Notes: a model not told the origin generated them from the letters alone. A stretch of 64,000 bases of DNA from Eledone cirrhosa (GCA_964016885.1 OZ024740.1:428978001-429042000), one strand, 5' to 3'; positions 45,001 to 56,415 are shown, counted from the stretch's first letter. Program-made: numbers and translations.

Positions 45001-48000
45001 TGAAGAGTGTTGTTGTTGATATTGTGTTTTTACTATACAACTGAGCTCAGATAGTGAAGAGTATTGTTGTTGATATTGTGTTTTTACTATAAAACTGAGC
45101 TCAGATAGTGAAGAGTGTTGTTGTTGATATTGTGATTTTACTATACAACTGAGCTCAGATAGTGAAGAGTGTTGTTGTTGATATTGTGTTTTTACTATAC
45201 AACTGAGCTCAGATAGTGAAGAGTGTTGTTGTTGATATTGTGTTTTTACTATGCAACTGAGCTCAGATAGTGAAGAGTGTTGTTGTTGATATTGTGTTTT
45301 TACTATACAACTGAGCTCAGATAATGTAGAGTGTTGTTGTTGATATTGTGTTTTTACTATACAACTCAGCTCAGATAGTGAAGAGTGTTGTTGTTGATAT
45401 TGTGTTTTTACTATACAACTCAGCTCAGATAGTGAAGAGTGTTGTTGTTGATATTGTGTTTTTACTATACAACTGAGCTCAGATAGTAAAAAGTGTTGTT
45501 GTTAATATCGTGTTTTTACTATACAACTCAGCTCAGATAGTGAAGAGTGTTGTTGTTGATATTGTGTTTTTACTATAAAACTGAGCTCAGTTAGTGAAGA
45601 GTGTTGTTGTTGATATTGTGTTTTTACTATACAACTGAGCTCAGATAGTGAAGAGTGTTGTTGTTGATATTGTGTTTTTACTATACAACTCAGCTCAGAC
45701 AGTGAAGAGTGTTGTTGTTGATATTGTGTTTTTACTATACAACTCAGCTCAGATAGTGAAGAGTGTTGTTGTTGATATTGTGTTTTTACTATACAACTCA
45801 GCTCAGATAGTGAAGAGTGTTGTTGTTGATATTGTGTTTTTACTATACAACTGAGCTCAGATAGTGAAGAGTGTTGTTGTTGATATTGTGTTTTTACGAT
45901 ACAACTGAGCTCAGTTAGTGAAGAGTGTTGTTGTTGATATTGTGTTTTTACTATACAACTGAGCTCAGATAGTGAAGAGTGTTATTGTTGATATTGTGTT
46001 TTTACTATACAACTGAGCTCAGATAGTGAAGAGTGTTGTTGTTGATATTGTGTTTTTACTATACAACTGAGCTCAGATAGTGAAGAGTGTTTTTGTTGAT
46101 ATTGTGTGTTTACTATACAACTGAGCTCAGATATTAAAGAGTGTTGTTGTTGATATTGTGTGTTTACTATACAACTGAGCTCAGATATTAAAGAGTGTTG
46201 TTGTTGATATTGTGTGTTTACTATACAACTGAGCTCAGATATTAAAGAGTGTTGTTGTTGATATTGTGTTTTTACTATACAACTGAGCTCAGATAGTGAA
46301 GAGTGTTATTGTTGATATTGTGTTTTTACTATACAACTGAGCTCAGATAGTGAAGAGTGTTGTTGTTGATATTGTGTTTTTACTATACAACTGAGCTCAG
46401 ATAGTGAAGAGTGTTTTTGTTGATATTGTGTGTTTACTATACAACTGAGCTCAGATATTAAAGAGTGTTGTTGTTGATATTGTGTGTTTACTATACAACT
46501 GAGCTCAGATATTAAAGAGTGTTGTTGTTGATATTGTGTGTTTACTATACAACTGAGCTCAGATATTAAAGAGTGTTGTTGTTGATATTGTGTTTTTACT
46601 ATAAAACTGAGCTCAGATAGTGAAGAGTGTTGTTGTTGATATTGTGTTTTTACTATTCAACTGAGCTCAGATAGTGAAGAGTGTTGTTGTTGATATTGTG
46701 TTTTTACTATACAACTCAGCTCAGGTAGTGAAGAGTGTTGTTGTTAATATTGTGTTTTTACTATACAACTGAGCTCAGATAGTGAAGAGTGTTGTTGTTG
46801 ATATTGTGTTTTTACTATACAACTCAGCTCAGATAGTGAAGAGTGTTGTTGTTGATATTGTGTTTTTACTATTCAACTCAGCTCAGGTAGTGAAGAGTGT
46901 TGTTGTTGATATTGTGTTTTTACTATTCAACTCAGCTCAGGTAGTGAAGAGTGTTGTTGTTGATATTGTGTTTTTACTATTCAACTCAGCTCAGATAGTG
47001 AAGAGTGTTGTTGTTGATATTGTGTTTTTACTATACAACTGAGCTCAGATATTAAAGAGTGTTATTGTTGATATTGTGTTTTTACTATAAAACTGAGCTC
47101 AGATAGAAAAGAGTGTTGTTGTTGATATTGTGTTTTTATTATACATCTGAGCTCAGATAGTGAAGAGTGTTGTTGTTGATATTGTGTATTTACTATACAA
47201 CTCAGCTCAGATATTAAAGAGTGTTGTTGTTGACATTGTGTTTTTACTATTCAACTCGGCTCAGATAGTGAAGAGTGTTGTTGTTGATATTGTGTTTTTA
47301 CTATACAACTGAGCTCAGATAGTGAAGAGTTTTGTTGTTGATGTTGTGTTTTTACTATACAACTCAGCTCAGATATTGAAGAGTGTTGTTGTTGATATTG
47401 TGTTTTTACTATACAACTGAGCTCAGATAGTAATGAGTGTTGTTGTTAATATCGTGTTTTTACTATACAACTGAGCTCAGATAGTGAAGAGTGTTGTTGT
47501 TGATATTGTGTTTTTACTATACAACTGAGCTCAGTTAGTGAAGAGTGTTGTTTTTGATATTGTGTTTTTACTATACAACTCAGCTCAGATAGTGAAGAGT
47601 GTTGTTGTTTATATTGTGTTTTTACTATACAACTGAGCTCAGATAGTAAAGTGTGTTGTTGTTAATATCGTGTTTTTACTATACAACTGAGCTCAGATAG
47701 TGAAGAGTGTTGTTGTTGAAATTGTGTTTTTACTATACATCTGAGCTCAGATAGTGAAGAGTGTTTTTGTTGATATTGTGTGTTTACTATACAACTGAGC
47801 TCAGATATTAAAGAGTGTTGTTGTTGATATTGTGTGTTTACTATACAACTGAGCTCAGATATTAAAGAGTGTTGTTGTTGATATTGTGTGTTTACTATAC
47901 AACTGAGCTCAGATATTAAAGAGTGTTGTTGTTGATATTGTGTTTTTACTATAAAACTGAGCTCAGATAGTGAAGAGTGTTGTTGTTGATATTGTGTGTT

Positions 48001-51000
48001 TACTATACAACCGAGCTCAGATAGTGAAGAGTGTTGTTGTTGTTATTGTGTTTTTACTATTCAACTCAGCTCAGATAGTGAAGAGTGTTGTTGTTGATAT
48101 TGTGTTTTTACTATGCAACTGAGCTCAGTTAGTGAAGAGTGTTGTTGTTGATATTGTGTTTTTACTATACAACCGAGCTCAGATAGTGAAGAGTGTTATT
48201 GTTGATATTGTGTTTTTACTATACAACTGAGCTCAGATAGTGAAGAGTGTTGTTGTTGATATTGTGTTTTTACTATACAACTGAGCTCAGATAGTGAAGA
48301 GTGTTGTTGTTGATATTGTGTTTTTACTATACAACTGAGCTCAGATAGTGAAGAGTGTTGTTGTTGATATTGTGTTTTTACTATACAACTGAGCTCAGAT
48401 ATTAAAGAGTGTTATTGTTGATATTGTGTTTTTACTATAAAACTGAGCACAGATAGTAAAGAGTGTTGTTGTTGATATTGTGTTTTTATTATACATCTGA
48501 GCTCAGATAGTGAAGAGTGTTGTTGTTGATATTGTGTTTTTACTATACATCTGATCTCAGATAGTGAAGAGTGTTGTTGTTGATATTGTGTATTTACTAT
48601 ACAACTCAGCTCAGATATTAAAGAGTGTTGTTGTTGATATTGTGTTTTTACTATTCAAGTCGGCTCAGATAGTGAAGAGTGTTGTTGTTGATATTGTATT
48701 TTTACTATACATCTGAGCTCAGATAGTGAAGAGTGTTGTTGTTGATATTGTGATTTTACTATACATCTGAGCTCAGATAGTGAAGAGTGTTGTTGTTGAT
48801 ATTGTGTTTTTACTATTCAACTCAGCTGAGATAGTGAAGAGTGTTGTTGTTGATATTGTGTTTTTACTATTCAACTCAGCTCAGATAGTGAAGAGTGTTG
48901 TTGTTGATATTTTGTTTTTACTATAAAACTGAGCTCAGATGGTGAAGAGTATTGTTGTTGATATTGTGTTTTTACTATAAAACTGAGCTCAGATAGTGAA
49001 GAGTGTTGTTGTTGATATTGTGTTTTTACTATACAACTGAGCTCAGATAGTGAAGAGTGTTGTTGTTGATATTGTGTTTTTACTATACAACTGAGCTCAG
49101 ATAGTGAAGAGTGTTGTTGTTGATATTGTGTTTTTACTATGCAACTGAGCTCAGATAGTGAAGTGTGTTGTTGTTGATATTGTGTTTTTACTATACAACT
49201 GAGCTCAGATAGTGAAGAGTGTTGTTGTTGATATTGTGTTTTTACTATACAACTGAGCTCAGATAGTGAAGAGTGTTGTTGTTGATATTGTGTTTTTACT
49301 ATACAACTGAGCTCAGATAGTGAAGAGTGTTGTTGTTGATATTGTGTTTTTACTATACAACTGAGCTCAGATAATGAAGAGTGTTGTTGTTGATATTGTG
49401 TTTTTACTATTCAACTCAGCTCAGATAGTGAAGAGTGTTGTTGATATTGTGTTTTTTCTATACAACTGAGCTCAGATAGTAAAAAGTGTTGTTGTTAATA
49501 TCGTGTTTTTACTATACAACTGAGCTCAGATAGTGAAGAGTGTTGTTGTTGATATTGTGTTTTTACTATACAACTGAGCTCAGTTAGTGAAGTGTGTTGT
49601 GGTTGATATTGTGTTTTTACTATACAACTCAGCTCAGATAGTGAAGAGTGTTGTTGTTGATATTGTGTTTTTACTATACAACTGAACTCAGATAGTGAAG
49701 AGTGTTGTTGTTGATATTGTGTTTTTACTATACAACTGAGCTCAGTTAGTGAAGAGTGTTGTTGTTGATATTGTGTTTTTACTATACAACTGAGCTCAGT
49801 TAGTGAAGAGTGTTGTGGTTGATATTGTGTTTTTACTATACAACTCAGCTCAGATAGTGAAGAGTGTTGTTGTTGATATTGTGTTTTTACTATACAACTG
49901 AGCTCAGATAGTGAAGAGTGTTGTTGTTGATGTTCTGTTTTTACTATACAACTGAGCTCAGTTAGTGAAGAGTGTTGTTGTTGATATTGTGTTTTTACTA
50001 TACAACTGAGCTCAGATAGTGAAGAGTGTTATTGTTGATATTGTGTTTTTACTATACAACTGAGCTCAGATAGTGAAGAGTGTTGTTGTTGATATTGTGT
50101 TTTTACTATACATCTGATCTCAGATAGTGAAGAGTGTTGTTGTTGATATTGTGTATTTACTATACAACTCAGCTCAGATATTAAAGAGTGTTGTTGTTGA
50201 TATTGTGTTTTTACTATTCAACTCGGCTCAGATAGTGAAGCGTGTTGTTGTTGATATTGTGTTTTTACTATACAACTGAGCTCAGATAGTAAAGTGTGTT
50301 GTTGTTAATATCGTGTTTTTACTATAAAACTGAGCTCAGATAGTGAAGAGTGTTGTTGTTGATATTGTGTGTTTACTATACAACTGAGCTCAGATATTAA
50401 AGAGTGTTGTTGTTGATATTGTGTGTTTACTATACAACTGAGCTCAGATATTAAAGAGTGTTGTTGTTGATATTGTGTGTTTACTATACAACTGAGCTCA
50501 GATATTAAAGAGTGTTGTTGTTGATATTGTGTTTTTACTATAAAACTGAGCTCAGATAGTGAAGAGTGTTGTTGTTGATATTGTGTGTTTACTATACAAC
50601 TGAGCTCAGATATTAAAGAGTGTTGTTGTTGATATTGTGTTTTTACTATTCAACTCAGCTCAGATAGTGAAGAGTGTTGTTGTTGATATTGTGTTTTTAC
50701 TATACAACTGAGCTCAGATAGTGAAGAGGGTTATTGTTGATATTGTGTTTTTACTATACAACTGAGCTCAGATAGTGAAGAGTGTTGTTGTTGATATTGT
50801 GTTTTTACTATACAACTGAGCTCAGATAGTGAAGAGTGTTGTTGTTGATATTGTGTTTTTACTATACAACTGAGCTCAGATAGTGAAGAGTGTTGTTGTT
50901 GATATTGTGTTTTTACTATACAACTGAGCTCAGATTTTAAAGAGTGTTATTGTTGATATTGTGTTTTTACTATAAAACTGAGCTCAGATAGTAGTGTTGT

Positions 51001-52642
51001 TGTTGATATTGTGTTTTTATTATACATCTGAGCTCAGATAGTGAAGAGTGTTGTTGTTGATATTGTGTTTTTACTATACATCTGATCTCAGATAGTGAAG
51101 AGTGTTGTTGTTGATATTGTGTATTTACTATACAACTCAGCTCAGATATTAAAGAGTGTTGTTGTTGATATTGTGTTTTTACTATTCAACTCGGCTCAGA
51201 TAGTGAAGAGTGTTGTTGTTGATATTGTATTTTTACTATACATCTGAGCTCAGATAGTGAAGAGTGTTGTTGTTGATATTGTGTTTTTACTATACAACTG
51301 AGCTCAGATAGTGAAGAGTGTTGTTGTTGTTATTGTGTTTTTACTATTCAACTCAGCTCAGATAGTGAAGAGTGTTGTTGTTGATATTGTGTTTTTACTA
51401 TTCAACTCAGCTCAGATAGTGAAGAGTGTTGTTGTTGATATTTTGTTTTTACTATAAAACTGAGCTCAGATAGTGAAGAGTGTTGTTGTTGATATTGTGT
51501 TTTTACTATACAATTGAGCTCAGATAGTGAAGAGTCTTGTAGTTAATATTGTGTTTTTACTATTCAACTCAGCTCAGGTAGTGAAGAGTGTTGTTGTTGA
51601 TATTGTGTTTTTACTATACAACTGAGCTCAGATAGTGAAGAGTGTTGTTTTTGATATAGTGTTTTTACTATACAATTGAGCTCAGATAGTGAAGAGTCTT
51701 GTTGTTGATATTGTGTTTTTACTATAAAACTGAGCTCAGATAGTGAAGAGTGTTGTTGTTGATATTGTGTTTTTACTATACAACTGAGCTCAGATAGTGA
51801 AGAGTGTTGTTGTTGATATTGTGTTTTTACTATAAAACAGCTCAGATAGTGAAGAGTGTTGTTGTTAATATTGTGTTTTTACTATAAAACTGAGCTCAGA
51901 TAGTGAAGAGTGTTGTTGTTGATATTGTGTTTTTACTATACATCTGATCTCAGATAGTGAAGAGTGTTGTTGTTGATATTGTGTTTTTACTATACAACTC
52001 AGCTCAGATATTAAAGTGTGTTGTTGTTGATATTGTGTTTTTACTATACAACTGAGCTCAGATAGTGAAGAGTTTTGTTGTTGATATTGTGTTTTTACTA
52101 TACAACTCAGCTCAGATAGTGAAGAGTGTTGTTGTTGATATTGTGTTTTTACTATACAACTGAGCTCAGATAGTAATGAGTGTTGTTGTTAATATTGTGT
52201 TTTTACTATACAACTGAGCTCAGATAGTGGAGAGTGTTGTTGTTGATATTGTGTTTTTACTATACAACTGAGCTCAGTTAGTGAAGAGTGTTGTTGTTGA
52301 TATTGTGTTTTTACTATACAACTCAGCTCAGATAGTAAAGTGTGTTGTTGTTAATATCGTGTTTTTACTATACAACTGAGCTCAGATAGTGAAGAGTGTT
52401 GTTGTTGAAATTGTCTTTTTACTATACAACTGAGCTCAGATAGTGAAGAGTGTTGTTGTTGATATTGTGTTTTTACTATACAACTGAGCTCAGATAGTGA
52501 AGAGTGTTGTTGTTGATATTGTGTGTTTACTATACAACTGAGCTCAGATATTAAAGAGTGTTGTTGTTGATATTGTGTGTTTACTATACAACTGAGCTCA
52601 GATATTAAAGAGTGTTGTTGTTGATATTGTGTTTTTACTATA
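1..52642. repeat. 54-bp tandem satellite array (about 975 head-to-tail monomers, truncated by window start)
   Basis: Consensus CTCAGATAGTGAAGAGTGTTGTTGTTGATATTGTGTTTTTACTATACAACTGAG read throughout; monomers differ mostly by a few substitutions, with rare small deletions. Ends abruptly at ...TTTTTACTATA|GAAAGTATTC. Confidence 0.99.
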
Positions 52643-52800
52643 GAAAGTATTCTATTTAATATCTGTGCTGTGCCTAGTAATCCTATGTTCTGTGTATAGT
52701 TCTTGCTTTTCCTTCTACACTGAGCTGCTTGTTTTGTTTCAATAATTACCCAAATACCTAATATTATGAGGATTATATGTTTTCAATCCCTACATTCTGG
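52637..52800 (-). mobile_element. Degenerate 3' ORF end of an R4/Dong-like (restriction-like endonuclease) non-LTR retrotransposon
   Basis: Minus-strand translation RM*GLKT/ILIILGIWVII...TQNIGLLGTAQILNRILSI, with one stop and a frameshift, resembles the recalled C-terminal motif RMWxLKTxTIPIIxGALG...IQKIALLGTAHILRKxLS of RLE-type LINEs. Confidence 0.75.
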
Positions 52801-52814
52801 TTATCATTATTTAT

Positions 52815-52995
52815 TGGCAATATCGGTAGAGCGTTGGACGCCATGCTCTCTAGCATAGTTACGGCTCTTGCCATTCTGAGTTCAAATCCCGCCGAGGTTA
52901 ACTTTGCTTTTCATCCTTACGGGGTCGATAAAATAAAGTACCAGTAATGCACTGGGTAATTACTGGCATTGTGCTAAAAAGTAGAAAGAATTATT
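52815..52995 (+). mobile_element. tRNA-derived SINE, copy 1
   Basis: A-box-like TGGCAATATCGG, B-box GAGTTCAAATCC (52878-52889), core TTTCATCCTTACGGGGTCGATAAAATAAAGTACCAGT shared with four other copies in the window. Confidence 0.9.
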
Positions 52996-53234
52996 TCTAG
53001 ATCTTTATATTTAGATAAGTTTTCCATTTCATTGAGAGATCAATTATCGTCTGTTGGAACTGATATTTCAATCAGCAAACGTTTCTTTTCCTGATTTTCT
53101 TTGAGAACGGTATACTATCGATTAGTTTTGATCTTTCCTGTTAATATGGATTGGCAGAGTATAACCTTTTAGTTTCGATAAATTATGTACTTGTCAAGTA
53201 TCTTACTATTTGAAAACTGTTATTATTATTATAT

Positions 53235-53445
53235 GAGCCATAAATTGGCAGAATTGATTGAGCGTCAGACAATATGTCTTGTGGCATATAGTTACATTTA
53301 TTAGTGTTCTGAGTTAAAATTCCGCCGGTGTTAGCTTTGCCTGGGGTCGATAAAATAAAGTACCAGTCACGAACTGTGGTCGATTTAATCGACTTTTCCC
53401 GCCCCCAAGATTCCTGACCTTGTGCCTAAATCAGAAACCATTATT
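53235..53445 (+). mobile_element. tRNA-derived SINE, copy 2 (older, diverged)
   Basis: TGGCAGAATT...GAGTTAAAATTCCGCCGG...GGGGTCGATAAAATAAAGTACCAGT...CCTTGTGCCTAAATCAGAAACCATTATT; small internal deletion in the core. Confidence 0.85.
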
Positions 53446-53446
53446 T

Positions 53447-53655
53447 GAGCAATGAATTGGCAGCAATCGATAAAGTGTCGGACAATATGTTTTGCGGTAT
53501 AGAGTTACATTCCTTTACGTCTTGAGTTTAAATCCCGCCGGGGTTAGCTGTGCCTTTCATCCTTCAGTGGTCGCTAAAATAAAGTATCAGTAGTGTAATA
53601 TTTAATCAACTCCCTAAAAATTGCTGGCCTTGTGCCGTAAATCGAAAGCTATTAT
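53447..53655 (+). mobile_element. tRNA-derived SINE, copy 3 (tandem with copy 2)
   Basis: TGGCAGCAATCG...GAGTTTAAATCCCGCCGG...CCTTTCATCCTTCAGTGGTCGCTAAAATAAAGTATCAGT...GCTGGCCTTGTGCC. Confidence 0.85.
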
Positions 53656-53704
53656 CTTACTTCAGTTATATAATTTCTCATGATTGATTCTCCCATAAAT
53701 CGTT

Positions 53705-53812
53705 ATAATCATCATCACAATCATCATCAACAATAACAACAAACATCATTATCAACCTCATCAATATTAATCATCTTCACAATCATCACAACCATTCATC
53801 ATCATCATCCAC
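53705..53812. repeat. Degenerate (CAT/CAA)n trinucleotide tract
   Basis: Runs of ATC/AAC triplets. Confidence 0.75.
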
Positions 53813-53860
53813 TTCACTGCAGTTTGGTTGTTGTCATTGTTGTTGATTTTGTTACTGAAA

Positions 53861-54995
53861 TTAACATGTATATAATATTAACATGTACATAATATTAAAT
53901 ACACATAATATTAACATGTATATAATATTAACATGTACATAATATTAAATACACATAATATTAACATGTATATAATATTAACATGTACATAATATTAAAT
54001 ACACATAATATTAACATGTATATAATATTAACATGTACATAATATTAAATACACATAATATTAACATGTATATAATATTAACATGTACATAACATTAACA
54101 TGTATATAACATTAACATGTACATAATATTAAATACACCTAATATTAAATACACATAATATTAACATGTACATAACAGTAACATGTACATAACATTAACA
54201 TGTATATAACATTAACATGTACATAATATTAAATACACCTAATATTAAATACACATAATATTAACATGTACATAACAGTAACATGTACATAATGTTAACA
54301 TGTATATAACATTAACATATACATAACATTAACATGTATATAACATTAACATGTACATAATATTAAATACACATAATATTAACATGTATATAATATTAAC
54401 ATGTACATAATATTAAATACACATAATATTAACATGTATATAATATTAACATGTACATAATATTAAATACACATAATATTAACATGTATATAATATTAAC
54501 ATGTACATAATATTAAATACACATAATATTAACATGTATATAATATTAACATGTACATAATATTAAATACACATAATATTAACATGTATATAATATTAAC
54601 ATGTACATAATATTAAATACACATAATATTAACATGTATATAATATTAACATGTACATAATATTAAATACACATAATATTAACATGTATATAATATTAAC
54701 ATGTACATAACATTAACATGTATATAACATTAACATGTACATAATATTAAATACACCTAATATTAAATACACATAATATTAACATGTACATAACAGTAAC
54801 ATGTACATAACATTAACATGTATATAACATTAACATGTACATAATATTAAATACACCTAATATTAAATACACATAATATTAACATGTACATAACAGTAAC
54901 ATGTACATAATGTTAACATGTATATAACATTAACATATACATAACATTAACATGTATATAACATTAACATGTACATAATATTAAATACACATAAT
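53861..54995. repeat. AT-rich minisatellite of 16/17-bp units with 50-, 100- and 618-bp higher-order periods
   Basis: TTAACATGTATATAATA + TTAACATGTACATAATA + TTAAATACACATAATA recurs at 53861, 53911, 53961, 54011; the G of marker CAGTA lies at 54178, 54278, 54796 and 54896. Confidence 0.97.
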
Positions 54996-55176
54996 TGTTT
55001 CTACGTTTGGCACAAGACCAGCAATTACCCAGTGCATTACTGGTACTTTATTTTATCGACCCCGTAAGGATGAAAGGCAAAGTTAACCTCGGCGGGATTT
55101 GAACTCAGAATGGAAAGGGCCGTAACTCTCTACGTCAAAGCATGGCGTCCAATACTGCCAATCCACCGCCCTTAAC
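54996..55176 (-). mobile_element. tRNA-derived SINE, copy 4 (near full length, probable TSD TACACATAAT)
   Basis: Reverse complement of the copy 1 core (ACTGGTACTTTATTTTATCGACCCCGTAAGGATGAAAGGCAAAGTTAACCTCGGCGGGATTTGAACTC); flanked by TACACATAAT at 54986-54995 and 55177-55186. Confidence 0.92.
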
Positions 55177-55199
55177 TACACATAATATTAACAAAATAA

Positions 55200-55870
55200 C
55201 TCCTAACTGCTCTGCAATAGAGCAGCTATATCTTACCATAGTACTTTAACATATAACAATATCATAGATGAAATCACAGAGATATCCCTTAGTTTCTAAA
55301 TAATAAATTGACTCGAAAATGTTCTACTTTTCAATCCCAGAGATTCAATGTAATGTTCAATATGGTTCCTGGTTCTAATAGATAACCACTTTCCAATGAA
55401 ACACCGTCACAAGACATTGTGTTACAGAACATGTTTTTAAATGAGGTATTGTGACAATTCCTCTATGAAGAACATTATAACATACGAATGAGCATGACTA
55501 ACAGAAATAAGATGTACATGTAAAGACACACATACATGCCCACTCAACCAGCCAGCTGAAGCGCTTCTGTATGAAACTGAAGTTTCCTCTAACAACTCAA
55601 ACGAATCAAGGTAACCCTTACATAGGGATGGTAGACGGCAAATTCAATCAACGATACGACGATGGTACTGCTCCCAACTGTTTCAGAGCAGACCATGTAT
55701 TAATAGCACTGCTGGAAAAAGAATCATGCAATGGAAGAATCATTTCATAACAATTAATGGTTCATCAAAATATGTATACATAATTTCATAAATATTTGGC
55801 AGGTGTCTCTATTTTAACAGGTTTTGTTGAAATTCTGAAAGGCTATTCCACTATTAAACCAAACGAATGC
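55200..55870 (+). pseudogene. Ancient, heavily decayed Penelope-like element linker + GIY-YIG endonuclease remnant (PLE-A)
   Basis: Not in the ORF track. Hand translation across stops and frameshifts gives NVLLFNP (55318), FLVLIDNHFPMKH (55366), MKNII, CTCKDTHTCPLN and YIGMVDGKFNQRY (55619-55657), collinear with the better preserved PLE at 57635-58329. Confidence 0.8.
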
Positions 55871-55877
55871 AAGCAAA

Positions 55878-55899
55878 AATATATATATATATTATATAT

Positions 55900-55961
<62 letters not shown>
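55878..55961. repeat. (TA)n microsatellite
   Basis: Direct read. Confidence 0.97.
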
Positions 55962-55965
<4 letters not shown>

Positions 55966-56091
55966 GTTTCTACTTTAGGTACAAGGCCAGCAATTACCCA
56001 GTACATTACTGGTACTTTATTTTATCGACCCCGTAAGGATGAAAGGCAAAGTTAACCTCGGCGGGATTTGAACTCAGAATGTAAAGGGACA

Positions 56092-56095
<4 letters not shown>
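55962..56095 (-). mobile_element. tRNA-derived SINE, copy 5 (5'-truncated, embedded in (TA)n)
   Basis: Near-identical to the copy 4 core and 3' part; (TA)n on both sides. Confidence 0.92.
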
Positions 56096-56126
<31 letters not shown>

Positions 56127-56129
<3 letters not shown>

Positions 56130-56300
56130 GAAGGAAGTGTGGTGAGGAACCAGATGGACCATAACGCACCAGAGTACTCAATACTTAGGGTAGTAGAGTG
56201 GGTAAAAGGAAAATGTTTGACCCCAACGGTATAGCTCAAGCCGTTTCGACGGCTATTTCTGGACTCCAGAAATAGCCATCAAAACGGTTTGAGCTATACT
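56127..56300 (-). mobile_element. Short putative PLE terminal fragment with fold-back hairpin and 3' half of a hammerhead (PLE-B)
   Basis: 35-bp inverted arms 56229-56263 / 56265-56299 (3 mismatches, 1-nt loop); minus strand reads GAAACGG-loop-CCGTT-GGGG (stem III + GUU site); flanked by (TA)n. Confidence 0.55.
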
Positions 56301-56316
56301 AATATATAGGAAAATG

Positions 56317-56326
56317 TTATATATAT

Positions 56327-56415
<89 letters not shown>

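Noticed and set aside
12-47042. Repeat-protein ORFs (VVVDIVFLLYNSAQIVKS and IVKTQYQQQHSSLSELSC)
   Set aside because: These are artefacts of a 54-bp (18-codon) unit. Common monomer variants create stops in both frames, frameshifting indels are tolerated, and most starts are not ATG.
1-52642. CRISPR array
   Set aside because: There are no unique spacers; the whole 54-bp unit repeats, there are no cas genes, and the context is eukaryotic.
1-52642. Hammerhead-containing satellite (as in newt or schistosome satellites)
   Set aside because: No CUGANGA plus GAAA core on either strand of the monomer.
52815-56095. tRNA genes
   Set aside because: A/B boxes are present but there is no cloverleaf; they are followed by the shared SINE core.
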